DNA of 64,000 bases, from contig NC_043014.1 in assembly GCF_006345805.1 (NCBI RefSeq), positions 22,134,001 through 22,198,000 on the forward strand, in the 5' to 3' direction. The position numbers and the translations under genes are program-made. The notes beneath the pieces were generated by a model that did no database searches, was not told the origin of the DNA, and saw only the letters and a list, made by a program, of their open reading frames with translations. Positions 1 to 14,896 of this stretch are shown here, piece after piece. Within the stretch, counting starts at the first letter, position 1. Each line of letters begins with the position of its first letter. This stretch comes from Octopus sinensis. Its lineage: Eukaryota.

Positions 1-705
1 TCTGCTACCGCCTTTATGAATACGGCATATTTTACCTTCCTCCAGCTTGCTTGGAAGTTTGTCTGTTGCAAAGAAGCTCTGGAAGAGGGAATGCAGTGGT
101 CTTGCTAGAACTCGCTTACATGATTTTCATCTATAGCCCTTATTATATCGTCTTATTTTATATTGATGTAATTAATCATCACTGCCTCTGTTTTTATATC
201 TGCAGTGGTAAAAAAAAGTCAGTTGGATTGCTGACTTGCAAGTGTCCTAGGGTGGACTGAAAATACTTCTGAATTACTCATTTAGTATTTTACTTATCCT
301 CCTCTTTGGGGTTTCCTGTGAGTGAACCATCTTTTTCGAGGAGTGGCCCTACCCTGCAGTGCACTGAGGCTGTTTCTTTGACAAACTTGTAGAAGGCTCT
401 GGGGTTAGATTTTATGTTGTCTTTAGCTTAGGCTTCTTTGTCTGCTCTTTCTTATTCATGGGTGAGTTGCAGATTGTTTTTCAGTCTCCAGCAGTTGTAT
501 TTTCAGGCTGGATTTCTCAGTGCTTTCAGTTTGTGTTTAGGCGATTTGAAATCTTTGTATGCCGTCTCATAAAAGTTTTCCTCTACCTCGGGATTTTGTT
601 CTTGAGTACAGTGGCCGTTCTCTCCGGGACACATTTGTAGCATATGTCTTGCATTACAGACATGAATTGTTGAAGTTTCATGTCGATGTCCGGTGAGGAG
701 AGAAG
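1..705 (-). mobile_element. CR1/Jockey-like LINE ORF2 relic (region upstream of RT core)
   Basis: Minus-strand 1-120 translates CKRVLARPLHSLFQSFFATDKLPSKLEEGKICRIHKGGSR, resembling the pre-RT segment of CR1/L2/Jockey ORF2. 580-705 gives LLSSPDIDMKLQQFMSVMQDICYKCVPERT. Stops and deletions present. Confidence 0.65.
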
Positions 706-770
706 ATATGTATATATATAAATATGTGTATGTGTTTGTGTGAGCGTGTGTTTATTTATATATGTATGTC

Positions 771-806
<36 letters not shown>

Positions 807-831
807 CATGAATGTCTATATATATGTATGT

Positions 832-862
<31 letters not shown>

Positions 863-937
863 TATGTATGTATATGTATGTATGTATGTGAATATATATA
901 TGTATGTGTATATATGTATATGTAGACATATGTATGC

Positions 938-976
<39 letters not shown>
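706..976. repeat. Compound (TA)n/(TG)n/(TATG)n microsatellite
   Basis: Directly visible; representative of dozens of similar tracts across the window. Confidence 0.95.
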
Positions 977-977
<1 letters not shown>

Positions 978-2223
978 TAAGTCATCTCATAAATAATGCC
1001 ATATTTTTATACTTCTTTTATTTTTCATAATTAAGATAAACAATTTTTTTTTAAATGTAAAATATACTCTCCTTAATTTTCTACAATGTTCTTCCATCTG
1101 TGTGGAAGACTCGCAAGGCTCCTCTTCCAAAATTCTCTTGTCCGCGACGAAAATTTTCCTCCCACATTGTTCTGACCTCGTCTACAGAATTCATATTTTA
1201 CCCGTCCATATGATTTTGAAGACTGCGGAATAAATGACCATCAGATGGGGCAATGTTTGGCGAATATGGTGGATGGTGCATCATTCGTTTCCACATTCAA
1301 ATTGCTCTAGCCTTTGGAATGTCATCCTCGGTATATGTGGTCGAGTATTATCCTGATGGAAGAACACCTTTCGTCTTGAAACCAAAGATGGTCGTTTTTC
1401 TTCCAGCACTGACTTAAGCCGCCCAAGCTGCTCTCGGTAGATCTCCTTTGTTATCGTTTGGTTTGGATTTAAAAGTTCAAAGTGGACTAAACCTTTCACA
1501 TCCCACGAAACAGAACAACACCTTACGCAGTTGAAGATCTTTAGCCTGGGGTGCCGGTGTTTCTCTTTTCCCTACCTACCGTCTTCGGCGCTTGATATTT
1601 TTATAGAGAACCCATTTCTCGTCACCAGTCACTATTCAATCCAAAAACGGGTCATTCGTGAGACGTGACTGCAAAGATCACACATTCACTCTCTACGAAC
1701 GATTAGAGTCGGAAAGTTTGGCCCGAATTGCTGACTTTTCCGATGGCACGCAGGTATTGATGAATGGTTTCTCTGCTAGTTCCTCAACAGTTACGACAGG
1801 ATTTTGTTCCACTAGGTTTTGCAGTACGTCCTCGTCGAACTCTACAGATCTTCCAGGACAAGGCTCGACTTCTAGGTTGTAGTTTCCGGCTCGGAATTTC
1901 TGGAACCACTGTTGACACGGCTTACATTTATTGTCCGGTCTCCATATACTGCATTATTATTCCTCGCACTTTCTGTTGCGTTGTTGCCTTTATTGAACTC
2001 ATAAAGCAAAATATACTAAATATAGTCCCTAGTCACTTCCAGATAGCTTTGTAAAATAACTGTTACAATCGAACTGCACTCTTCAAAACTTGTACTAAGA
2101 ATAGGTTCAAAGTAAAATTACTACTTATTTTTATAGCAAGTTGATGCAGGTAGTTTATCTCATTCCCCTCCAACTTTTTGTTCATGCAATTGAAAAAACT
2201 GCATTATTTATGGGATGACCCAA
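977..2223 (-). mobile_element. Mariner (Tc1/mariner) element, decayed
   Basis: Imperfect TIRs tactaagtcatctcataaataatgc (975-999) and gcattatttatgggatgacccaata (2201-2225) including flanking TA; about 1.25 kb. Transposase fragments YILLYEFNKGNNATESAR, QWFQKFRAG, KGLVHFELLNPNQTI and FFHQDNTRPH. Confidence 0.9.
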
Positions 2224-2339
2224 TATTTATATATGTGTGTGTGTGTGTGTCAGTGTATGTATGTATGTGTATATGTATATATATATACACATATGTATGC
2301 ATGGATATGTGCGTGCGCGCGCACGCGTGTGTGATTCAA

Positions 2340-2745
2340 AGAGAGTTAAAGGTTGTGCATCCAATATACTGCTTGTAGAATACCTAATTAATACAAAAGT
2401 GTTGGTTATTGCGTGGCAATTTCACGACTGAGTATAATAATTAGGCGAGGGTAATAAGTGGTTTTACCCGAAATTTATATGGCAAGAAGAAAATGGAGGG
2501 AATCCAGAGGTAATATTCATCAGATGTTAGACATTATATTATGTCTATTTATTTATTTTAAACAGTTCAGATACTATATAAATACATGTGTAAGGTATTA
2601 GTAATTTCTAGAATAGAGAGAGAAGAGCAGTTTCTTACAAGAGGTCACTGTATCCCACATGTTATTTCCATCTTTTCAGTGTACTATAGTAATCTGTAAA
2701 TAATTGGGGTTCTTGGGTATGCCTCTAGGCTTCGTCAGAGAGTTT
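2340..2745 (-). mobile_element. Penelope-like terminal repeat fragment with degenerate hammerhead
   Basis: Homologous by eye to 53250-53690. Minus strand CTGACGA (2732-2738), AGCCTAGAGGC stem and GAAA; stem III degenerate. Confidence 0.5.
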
Positions 2746-2799
2746 TATAAGATAGTCCAAGAAGTTCATAGGGCTAATTTACGCGCGCGCACACACACA

Positions 2800-2839
<40 letters not shown>

Positions 2840-2918
2840 CACACATTCACATATACATACATATACATACACACATGTGTGCATATCTGCATATGCATAT
2901 GTATATATATATATATAT

Positions 2919-2965
<47 letters not shown>

Positions 2966-3207
2966 ATAAGAAAATGGAGAAATACATCTAAATCAAATAT
3001 CAATTATCAGATAATACTCAATCACATACTTTATTAAACCACCACATAAGAGACTGTAGGGTTAAACATAAAAAAGCAGAACAAATCAGTGTACACAAAG
3101 GAATGTACATAAAAAAGTGTACATAAAAGAGTAATATTGTATAATAAGTAGAATATATATAAAAAAGAGAATATAAATATAAGTAAATATAAATATAAGT
3201 ATAGATG

Positions 3208-3338
3208 ACATCTTACAGCTGTTTCGGCCATGTAGATAAGTATGTCTCATTTTACCAATATTAGCCTTTTATGGTAGGTCAATATATGGATATAAATGAG
3301 ACATTTAGAAAAGTATCATAAGGCCTCTTCGGAGATAT
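3208..3338 (-). ncRNA. Type I minimal hammerhead ribozyme motif (left arm copy)
   Basis: Reverse complement of 5072-5202. Confidence 0.55.
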
Positions 3339-5071
3339 ACATATACATATGAGTGCATATACTCACACTCCTATACATATAAAAATATACATATACATAA
3401 TAATGTAAATAAATAATATAAATTAGTAAACATATATATGTTCCACATTCAATGTTTCAGTTTTTCAACTTAATATTGTGATAATAAACATACACATATT
3501 AGTACCTAGATGCAAATATACATAGTCAATAGTACATTATATTACTTCCTACTAATTTCCAAAGTGTCATAAAAGTTAGCATCATTATCGTTGTCAATAC
3601 CATTAATGCTACCATCATTATCATTCATAATATTGTTAATATCGCTTACGTTAGGATCAAAAGTGGCACATATGTATGTCCGGGTTCCATTTAGTAATTT
3701 TCCTTATGACATAAATACACTATTGGATTTGAATTTAAATTATCATTGTCTTCCTCATGGTTGGTCCGTTGAGAGCCGTCCCCACACCGCACAAGAAAAA
3801 CATACACATCCACATCCAACCCTAAACCCACACGTCTACATAAAGACCCACACACACATGCACACACACATGAGTAAACCCCGACACATCGCTACACATT
3901 CACTAGATTGCAGAGTGCATGTCTGTCATCGCATGGCTTATAGACAAATCAGTACAGGCCGCAGTGTCTATACACTAACACTAACTTATAATTAATTTAA
4001 TTTAATTCATAATTAATGAACTTATATCTAAGTTAATAGTAACTTCTGTTTACTTTTTGTGTATGTATATATACGTCTTTGGATGGGCAGACATATATTT
4101 TTAATTTATGATTTAGTGGATGTGGGTTGAGGTGTCGAGGTGTGTGAAAATGTGTATGTGTACGTATGTATGTTTTTGTACGTATAGGTATGTTCGTGGG
4201 TGTATGTACGGATGTATGTTTTTGTTATACATATGAGTACGCAGGTGCGTATTTGGATATGTATATATGTATATGCAAATATTTATTCATGGGTGGATAT
4301 AAGTATAGGTTTTATTTGTACGTATGAGTGCGCTGACATATATTTAAATATGTATATATGTGTGTAGAAATGTTCCCTGATACAGTATATGAGATTGTAT
4401 TAATATCTATGAGTATATGCGGATGTGCGTGTGAGTGTGTGTGTTAGTGTATAGACCCTGCGGCCTGTACTGATTTGTCTATAAGCCATGCGATGACAGA
4501 CATGCACTCTGCAATCTAGTGAATGTGTAGCGATGTATCGGGGTTTACTCATGTGTGTGTGGGTCTTTATGTGGACGTGTGGGTTTAGGGTTGGATGTGG
4601 ATGTGTATGTTTTTCTTGTGCGGTGTGGGGACGGCTCTCAACGGACCAACCATGAGGAAGACAATGATAATTTAAATTCAAATCCAATAGTGTATTTATG
4701 TCATAAGGAAAATTACTAAATGGAACCCGGACATACATATGTGCCACTTTTGATCCTAACGTAAGCGATATTAACAATATTATGAATAATAATGATGGTA
4801 GCATTAATGGTATTGACAACGATAATGATGCTAACTTTTATGACACTTTGGAAATTAGTAGGAAGTAATATAATGTACTATTGACTATGTATATTTGCAT
4901 CTAGGTACTAATATGTGTATGTTTATTATCACAATATTAAGTTGAAAAACTGAAACATTGAATGTGGAACATATATATGTTTACTAATTTATATTATTTA
5001 TTTACATTATTATGTATATGTATATTTTTATATGTATAGGAGTGTGAGTATATGCACTCATATGTATATGT

Positions 5072-5202
5072 ATATCTCCGAAGAGGCCTTATGATACTTT
5101 TCTAAATGTCTCATTTATATCCATATATTGACCTATCATAAAAGGCTAATATTGGTAAAATGAGACATACTTATCTACATGGCCGAAACAGCTGTAAGAT
5201 GT
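5072..5202 (+). ncRNA. Type I minimal hammerhead ribozyme motif with 92-nt loop II
   Basis: atatct-CCGAAGA-GGCC-(92 nt)-GGCC-GAAA-CAGCTG-TA-agatgt. Stems I and II pair, stem III is palindromic, cleavage triplet is GUA; U4 is replaced by C. Confidence 0.55.
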
Positions 5203-5614
5203 CATCTATACTTATATTTATATTTACTTATTTTATATTCTCTTTTTTATATATATTCTACTTATTATACAATATTACTCTTTTATGTACACTTTTTTAT
5301 GTACATTCCTTTGTGTACACTGATTTGTTCTGCTTTTTTATGTTTAACCCTACAGTCTCTTATGTGGTGGTTTAATAAAGTATGTGATTGAGTATTATCT
5401 GATAATTGATATTTGATTTAGATGTATTTCTCCATTTTCTTATCTTGTATTAGTAATTTGTGGTAAATCATTTTACCTTTGCCCATATAATACAGTAAAT
5501 GAATTGATTGCATTTGCAATCCTTAACATTAACTTTGTTGGGTACTTCACTAGCAGTATATTGGATATAGGTTATCCCATGGAGGGTTGCATTTACAACC
5601 CCTATCTCAATTTG

Positions 5615-5619
<5 letters not shown>

Positions 5620-5676
<57 letters not shown>

Positions 5677-6112
5677 AAAAAAGCCCACTCCAGTTTTCTA
5701 AATGTTCTGGGATTTTGCAACTGACCTCTAAAATTTGTAGACATGCTGAACTGAGGACCATACACGACACACAAACGTCTTGTAACACATCAGGAGGAAA
5801 CATTAGTTCAGACATATTTCATTAATCTGTTTTATTTTATTTTACTTTTATTTTTTTGCTTGTTGTGTTAATGATTCTGATATAAAAATGATGTACTCAT
5901 TAAGCCATTGGCAATTGTGAGAACGTAGCATCCCACGCAAATACATTATTTTCTTCCAATATTATTTCTGATGTATGGTGTCTGTGTTCCGTTAGCAATC
6001 GAGGAATTATAATGATTTTCCTTCAGTATTTATTAAATATTCCTTGAATCTCTTTGCATCATCTATTACGTTCGTTCAGTTTTACTCCTTTATTGTTTCA
6101 GCCATCCAGCTA
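5620..6112. repeat. Unclassified sequence with a rearranged second copy at 8750-9520
   Basis: (TG)n plus 5670-5823 matches about 8750-9016 on the same strand; 6020-6112 matches 9017-9082 and 9466-9486 on the opposite strand. Confidence 0.75.
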
Positions 6113-6725
6113 CGGCTTATGCTTGGACACCGCCATTAATGATTGTGAAAATGAAGTATTTGCACTAATAGCCATTCTCACATATAAGAATTCCGTTATA
6201 AACAAGAAATTCCAGGAGCTTTTCAACAGCAGTTACAGTATGTATTTTCACTTCAAAAACCTTCAGTCTTCTATACTATATTCCAGCGACTGGGTTCCCT
6301 ATTTTTTAAAGTATAATTAATGTTCCAAGATGTATTTATTGACGCCTGTAATTTCGACTAAAAAAACAGGCGGGCGCCTGCGGAAATATGGAAATTCTTA
6401 TTTTGTGGGAATATGCTATGAATAAGCATTTGACATTGTATAAAACGAAAACGATGGGTCGGCGGACAGAAAGACACGAAATGCCAGCTCAAGTGTAATT
6501 AATGTCGACTTGGGCTATTTCATCAATTATTACATTTCATACTGCATATTTTTCCATGTAACATTGCATTATCTCATCTCATCTTTCTATTTTCTAATGT
6601 CATGTATATGTTGAGGCAGCTGAAAATATAGGGCACTGCAATTTTGTGCAGCTATAGACCAAAGGACTGTAAGTTGCATCGATGCACATGTGTGAAGTTT
6701 TTATATCCGTATTCTGCTACACGCG

Positions 6726-6779
<54 letters not shown>

Positions 6780-7459
6780 TACACACACGCACGCGCGCGA
6801 TCGAAATCTCAGGGAAAAATATAATTTCTATTTTGTAAATTTGATGTTGCCAAATAAATATTATCTTACGCCATCTTATCTTCACTATTCCATTTCCCTT
6901 TAACAATCATGTCGAGATGTCAATGTTGTCCAAGAAAGCTTCTGGCATATGTGTTGGCTGATTTAGTTGTTCTATAACAAAGAAAAACAAACTTTCCAAT
7001 TGTGACCATTCCAACGTTTTACTCAGATATGGTATATTAGGGGAGATATTTTCCAAAGTATTTTTGCTTTTTTAAAAGTAAGATTTGATTGAAATCTGGC
7101 TGTCATTTCTAGCAGTTCGAGCGACCACTTTGCTAATTTGTTGTCGTTGAACCCTGGTCAAAATGTTTCAGTATCCCCTTCGTATATTTTCAATCAGATA
7201 TAGTGTTTCCAGAAAAACATTATATCTATCATTCCTTCTGTAACTGAATTTACGGGTATTTAGATTCTATTTCATCCTTTAAAATTCGGTATCGCTGATT
7301 GTAACTGGAGTTTATTTTTATGCATTGGAACATAATTTATTTGTTACACAAATAAAATGTTGCTCATGCAATACAATTAATGATAATAGTAAGATGAAAG
7401 AGCGTAGTATGACATGTAGGGAAACCCTCTGCTAGCAACTCAGCACGGGTCTAGTTTTT

Positions 7460-7648
7460 GTTATTATTTTCTTTCACTTGTTTCAGTCATTTGACTGCGG
7501 CCATGCCGGAGCACCTCCTTTAGTCGAAGAAATCGACCGCAGGATTTCTTCTTTGTAAACTTAGTACTTATTCTATCGGTCTCTTTTGTCGAGCCGCTTG
7601 TTACGGGGGCGTAAACACTCCAACGTCGGTTGTCAAGCAGACATACAA

Positions 7649-7722
<74 letters not shown>

Positions 7723-7862
7723 GACGGGCTTCTTTCAGCTTCCATCTAGCAAATCCACTCACAAGTCTTTGGTCTGCCCGAGGCTATAGTAGAAGACATT
7801 TGCCCTAGGTGCCACGCAGTGGGACTGAACCCGGAACCATGTGGTTGGGAAGCAAGCTTCTT
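7460..7862 (-). mobile_element. tRNA-derived SINE (family A), body and tail; head split by insertion
   Basis: B-box ggttcagtccc (minus strand), conserved ggcacctagggcaaatgtcttctactatagcc body, internal (TA)n and tail cagtcaaatgactgaaacaagt. Head continues at 11250-11284. Confidence 0.9.
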
Positions 7863-8094
7863 CATTTCAAAATATTGGCTATTACAGCCTTACACAGAGG
7901 GGACAGCACAAGGTGGGGACAGCACAAGGTGGGGACACAAAAACAAAACGAATGAAAGGATGAATTAAATATAATGAAAGATGGAATGAAGCCGCTCGGC
8001 CCCCACCTTCGAGCGACTTCATTGAACCTGTTAATACAACCTATTAATACAACTTTTTTTAAACACTAGTTTGTAATACCATTATTGGCGACAG

Positions 8095-9890
<1,796 letters not shown>

Positions 9891-9894
9891 CTTT

Positions 9895-11099
9895 ACCCAA
9901 CAGTCAAAGTCGATGTCTTCCTCATGATTCCTTAATCCCAATAGATCCTCCGGGTTTGCCACCGTACAGTAAATGTCCTCGGGTAACTCCCTCACTCCTG
10001 CTACATCCTCTTTTATCGCTCTGTCCCATGTCTCAAGCTCATTATAATGTTCTTCTTTTTGTCTCTTGTACAATATAACAAATTTATCCAAGGGCCAGAG
10101 TGGGGAAATCCGGGGCTCGTGTGTGCTTGTGTTTATGTCAGGTAGGGCATGGAGAAGGTTGGTGTCTATAGGGAGTGTTTGGGGGTAGAGTGGGTGTAGG
10201 ATGGGGGTCGTCATTTACCACGTGTGTCTTTTTTCTCCTCTTTCTTTTTTCCCGCCGTTTCCCATCCGTTATTCACCTCCACTTCTTCGACGCTGGTACT
10301 GGTTTTTGTCTGTGGTGCAGTTTCAATCTCCTTCTCGTGCTTCTCTTCAGCTTCCACGGGTAGTGGAGAACCAATTACTTTTTCGCTCTTGTGCTTCTCC
10401 TTAGCCTTCACAAGTGGTGGAGGACAATCCGCTCTAACACCGGAATCCTCCCTTCCACTCTAACTCTAAGTGTCACTTCTCCGACCGTGATGGTCTCCAC
10501 CATGTTTTCAGTGTCTTCTGGGGCCTCTATTATGTCTAGGCTCTGCCCTTGCTAGTTCCTGTGTGGTGTTCTGGTGGCCTGCCGGACCACTACCCTCTTC
10601 TCCATGCCTAGCAGTGTGGCAGCCACCAGCCAAGCTACATCCACTTCTGGGAGTATGTCTTCTACCCTGGAAGCACATCTCCCAAGGTACTTCATCGGTT
10701 TTTAACGGTGTTGTTGAGTGCAGGCTGGCAGTAGCTATCTCCCGAAACTGCACCTTCACTGTTCCATACCTTCTTCCCCTTGCAAGGTAGGAAATCCCTC
10801 TTGCCAGACTGGTCTCAGCGCCTTTCCAACTTGGGCTGCTGACACTACTTCAATTTTCTTCGTTGCCACCGCGTAAGTCCTGTAAATTATCACTTTTTTT
10901 TTATTATTTTAAAACTTCTTTGGTGGGGAACACCTTCACATCGTTCCCTTCCCTTTTAATCATTTCCTTGAACCTGTTTAACTCCTTCAGACTCACGTCT
11001 TCAGTTTTTTTCCTTCGCCGCTTCTGCGTAATTTTTTTTTTATCTCCATAGCCTCGTCAATTCTTTTCAGACTTTTCACTAACTCTTCCTCAGACGACA
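9895..11099 (-). pseudogene. LINE ORF1 (gag-like) copy 1
   Basis: Starts MSSEEELVKSLKRIDEAM; contains YGTVKVQFREIA and DVAWLVAA-like segments and KAKEKHKSEK; frameshifted, zinc knuckle deleted. Confidence 0.75.
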
Positions 11100-11249
11100 T
11101 AAAGTCTGAAGAAGAAGGACTCAAACTTTGTAATTCATAACACGACGCTCTACCATTAAACAAGAGGGAAGACGTCGCACACTACCGCTGCAAGACAGCC
11201 AAAAACACGCGTTTCACACAAAGACAACCGTTCGAACAATCAATAACCA

Positions 11250-11284
11250 GAAGCAAGCTTCTTTCCACACAGCCACTCTTGCGC
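11250..11284 (-). mobile_element. 5' remainder of SINE family A head (A-box)
   Basis: Minus strand ggcgcaagagtggctgtgtggaaagaagcttgcttc; continuous with 7460-7862 once element C and one TSD copy are removed. Confidence 0.85.
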
Positions 11285-12291
11285 CAAGTAAATATCCAGG
11301 TACAGTGACGTGTCTCCTTCTTCGATTATCCTCGATTGAATATGCAGCTGTGAGAATAGCTATAAAGAGAGTGTAATACAACCTCGACTCAAGACACTCC
11401 GAAGTGGAAAGACCGGAGAACATCATGGTGGCTCGGATGTCTCAACACTGTGAAATTGACAAATAAGTTGACTGTATTTAAAGGTTGTGTTCATGGACAG
11501 TTCTAGCCGGACTTGTGAGCTATCACGTGAACAGAGACCGTTTATTGGACAAAATTTCGGTTGCGCACATGTTCAAATTTTGACTGAACCGTGGCTTGAG
11601 ATTCGTATGTGGCAAAACGCGTGATCGAATCCAGTGTTATACTTCCTTTTTTATTTTATTCATTTATTTATTTTGAGGTGCGTATGTGATAGTAGGGAAA
11701 TTTGGCTTGATATTTCTTGCGTGTCGAACGATCACAATGTGGCACCGTCATTTGCTATTCAGATCATCAGCGTTGATCTTCAAACAAAAAGATCGAGAGT
11801 TAGTTCATAAACAATAATGTGATTGGACATGACTTAGGAAGGCTAAATATATCGCTAAGAATAAGGTTACAAAGACTTATCGTGTGGAAGAGCTTTTTGA
11901 AAGACATACATTTATGAAATAAACCGATAAAGATCTTTTTATTTTTATATTATGTTCTCTTAAATTGGTTTGGAGAAGGACGCTGTCCTCATGATCCTCG
12001 CATGCCATCAGAAACCAGTGAGTAAGCCAGATGTAATGTTAGGCTTAATGGAATTGCTGATCTTACAAGAGATAGGGATCAATAAGGAAACCAACTGGTC
12101 AATGTTGAGTGTAGTGTATCTCGTACGCAGTAGGCTAGCCTGCTTTGGAAATGAAAGCACATTGAATGCTTATAAAGGATTAAATTTATTTACTGTAGCT
12201 GTACAATGCTCACACACACACACCATTTACACACCTCTTCTTATACATCTACATATACTTTCACTCATACACACAAACATATGTGTAACAC

Positions 12292-12395
<104 letters not shown>

Positions 12396-13489
12396 CAGAT
12401 TTTCTCCCCGACAATGAAAAATGTCATGTATTTTATATTAATTTTATAAATGTTGATTACGTCTTAGAGAGCAATTACCGCGCTATGGTCTCGATCCAGA
12501 ATTCAGCCAAATTCACTCCTCGTATTCTTCGGCTGACACTTCTTACTCGCAGTTTTTTAAAAATATGTTTATTCTTTTTTTTTAACAGTTCTTGAAATGT
12601 TACAGAAGCAAAACTAAATACATAGTTTTCTGCTTCGTGACATTGTATTCATTTTATTTATTTTTTATTAAAAATAAATTAAAATTTAAAAAAAAAATAG
12701 TCTATCAATAGAATTAAAACCTGTTGCTTTAGCTAAGGTGTATCGCTGACAATTTGTCATTCTTTTCTCATTGGCTCAGTCCACCTTACCTATAAACTTC
12801 AACGAATTTCAATGTCTCGATAGTACTGATAGGTTTTTTTTTACATGGGAATCCAGGATTTTTGTGGGGAGTATTGCCAAAGGTTTCGAAAAAATACTTT
12901 ATAAGGTGGGAATCACAATTCGTAACATTTGGAGGCAATTTCATGTATTTTAACTTTGTTGTAGCAGACCGTATGTGTATGAAACAGTAATGCTGTGAAA
13001 CTACTGAAAATAAACATTGGTCCCAATTTTTTTTTTTTTTTTGGTGTCGACTCGACTAGAAAGGGTGTTGCCCTAGTTGCCCGGGTATCACCCCTGCATC
13101 CGTGTTTTAGGTGACTATGTTTCTCTCCGTTTGGTGGTTTCAAGAAAACAAATAAATCTTGACAGTACGCTAATCTCTCACAGATAACATTCCTCAATGA
13201 TATTATGCCACTTATTTATCCAACAGTCGAGTTTACACAAAGTGAAATTAAGTCTACAGAACAGCCCAAGCGCAAAAGATTTGTTGCGAGTCAAACCTTT
13301 GCGTTAGTGCTCGACTTTCTTGAGAAAAGCTGGTAAATTGTTTCAAATCAGGCTAGCCATGTAAAACAAACGACGAATTATTAGCCATGTAAAACAGACG
13401 ACGTGTCCTAGCATTGCACTTTTAAATGAATATTAAACTAATCTCCCTCTCTCTTTCTCCCCCCCCCTCCACACACAATGTAGAAGTTT

Positions 13490-13712
13490 CAGTTTGTGCT
13501 AATTGCCTTTCCAAGTAGAATTCCAGTTCACTTATGACAGATTTGTGATCGAGCCTGTGGTAGTGGAGACCCCCCGGACTAAATCCTTGCTCACAGCTAT
13601 CAGGACAGAGATGACTATCCGCAAGTGCGAGCCCCGTGAGTCGGAGTGACTGTTCCAGCGAATCTCGCTCGCCCTCCTCCGAGGCAACGCCTTTTCTGTT
13701 TGTCCATGATAC
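13490..13712 (+). mobile_element. CRE/R2-type LINE C-terminal (restriction-like endonuclease) relic
   Basis: DRFVIEPVVVETPG and EPRESE*LFQRISLALLRGNAFSV resemble the FxPxxVETxG and FQRxSxAxxRGNA motifs at the end of RLE-bearing elements. Confidence 0.55.
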
Positions 13713-14387
13713 GGACCTAGAAGTCTTTTTAGTTTTCATTGTTGTATCTCTAAAAAAAAAACAACCTAGTTTACACACTATCGTCTGACGTGGTTACAAT
13801 TAGTAGGCGCAGAAATATCCGGTGCTTCGTTATCTTGTCGGGATGGTCTTAAGTCGTAATAGAGGCCAAAAATCATAGTATATCAGCAGTAGCCGTTATT
13901 AGTAACTAGCAGAAAGACCGCCATCCCGGGGGGTTTCTATTGCTCACTTGATGATATTTATACATTTGATTCCCATTCCTGTAATTCCTCTATTGTTACG
14001 TCCGATTTTTATTTGTAACCTTCATTCGTCTAATAGTACTCACTCCTTCAGTGAATAAATTTAGAATAATAGGAAGCACTAAAAGGTAGCGTTAGAATTT
14101 AATTAACTTAATTCAGCTATGTTAATCTCTCTTTTAAACAAGCTCAAAGCAGCCCATCCTCTACATGTCCATTAATGTGCTAAAAATAGTAGGGATCACG
14201 CGGGTATCTTTTAAAGTCTATAGCATACTAACCAGCCATACCAACAAATTTACTGCTGATAATTTTGTTTTTCAAATTACACCGGTATCTTTGGAAACTT
14301 TCATTTTATTAAAAAATAATCATTTAACAAATTCCAAAAGGAAAATGGTAGAAAAGTCCTTAAAAGTTTTCTTTTTCAACATAATAA

Positions 14388-14548
14388 ACGCAGGCGGGGT
14401 TGGGTGGTAAAAAGCTTGCGTTCCAGCCACAGGATTTCGGGTTCAATCCCACTGCGTGGCACCTTGGGTAAGTGTCTTCTACTGTAACCTCGAGCTGATC
14501 AAACCCTTGTGAGTGGATTCGGTAGATAGAAACTGAAAGAAGCCTGCT
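14388..14548 (+). mobile_element. SINE family A head and body (uninserted, diverged target site)
   Basis: gggtggtaaaaagcttgcgttcc...gggttcaatcccactgcgtggcaccttgggtaagtgtcttctact. Confidence 0.85.
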
Positions 14549-14591
14549 TTACATATGTATGTATGTATGTATACACACACACATACACAGG

Positions 14592-14627
<36 letters not shown>

Positions 14628-14716
14628 GTTCAAATTTACAGAAAACAAAAGCCGAAGATAGGTGAAGGAAAAACAAGCAAGTGTAATAGTTAAAAGCTCG
14701 GGAAGAAGGGCAAAGT

Positions 14717-14752
14717 CTTTGACGTTTCGAGCCTACGCTCTTCGTTAGAAAG
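14717..14752 (-). ncRNA. Minimal hammerhead-like motif (Penelope-type terminal repeat)
   Basis: cttt-CTAACGA-A-GAG-cgtagg-CTC-GAAA-CG-TC-aaag. Relatives at 16793-16819, 18071-18106, 18517-18550 and 58421-58455. Confidence 0.45.
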
Positions 14753-14842
14753 GGTTGAAAAAAGAAACAAAAAAAACGGAAAGAAAAAATGTGTAGGCAT
14801 TAACGGTTCAACATGATGAAGAAATATATATATACACTTTGT

Positions 14843-14896
<54 letters not shown>

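Larger units (their letters stand above)
2963..5446. repeat. About 1-kb near-perfect inverted repeat (arms 2963-3981 and 4441-5446, 459-bp spacer)
   Basis: Arms are reverse complements with only a handful of substitutions and two short indels. The ORF track shows the same peptides on opposite strands (3591-3995 + vs 4400-4819 -; 3034-3231 - vs 5160-5375 +). Confidence 0.95.
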
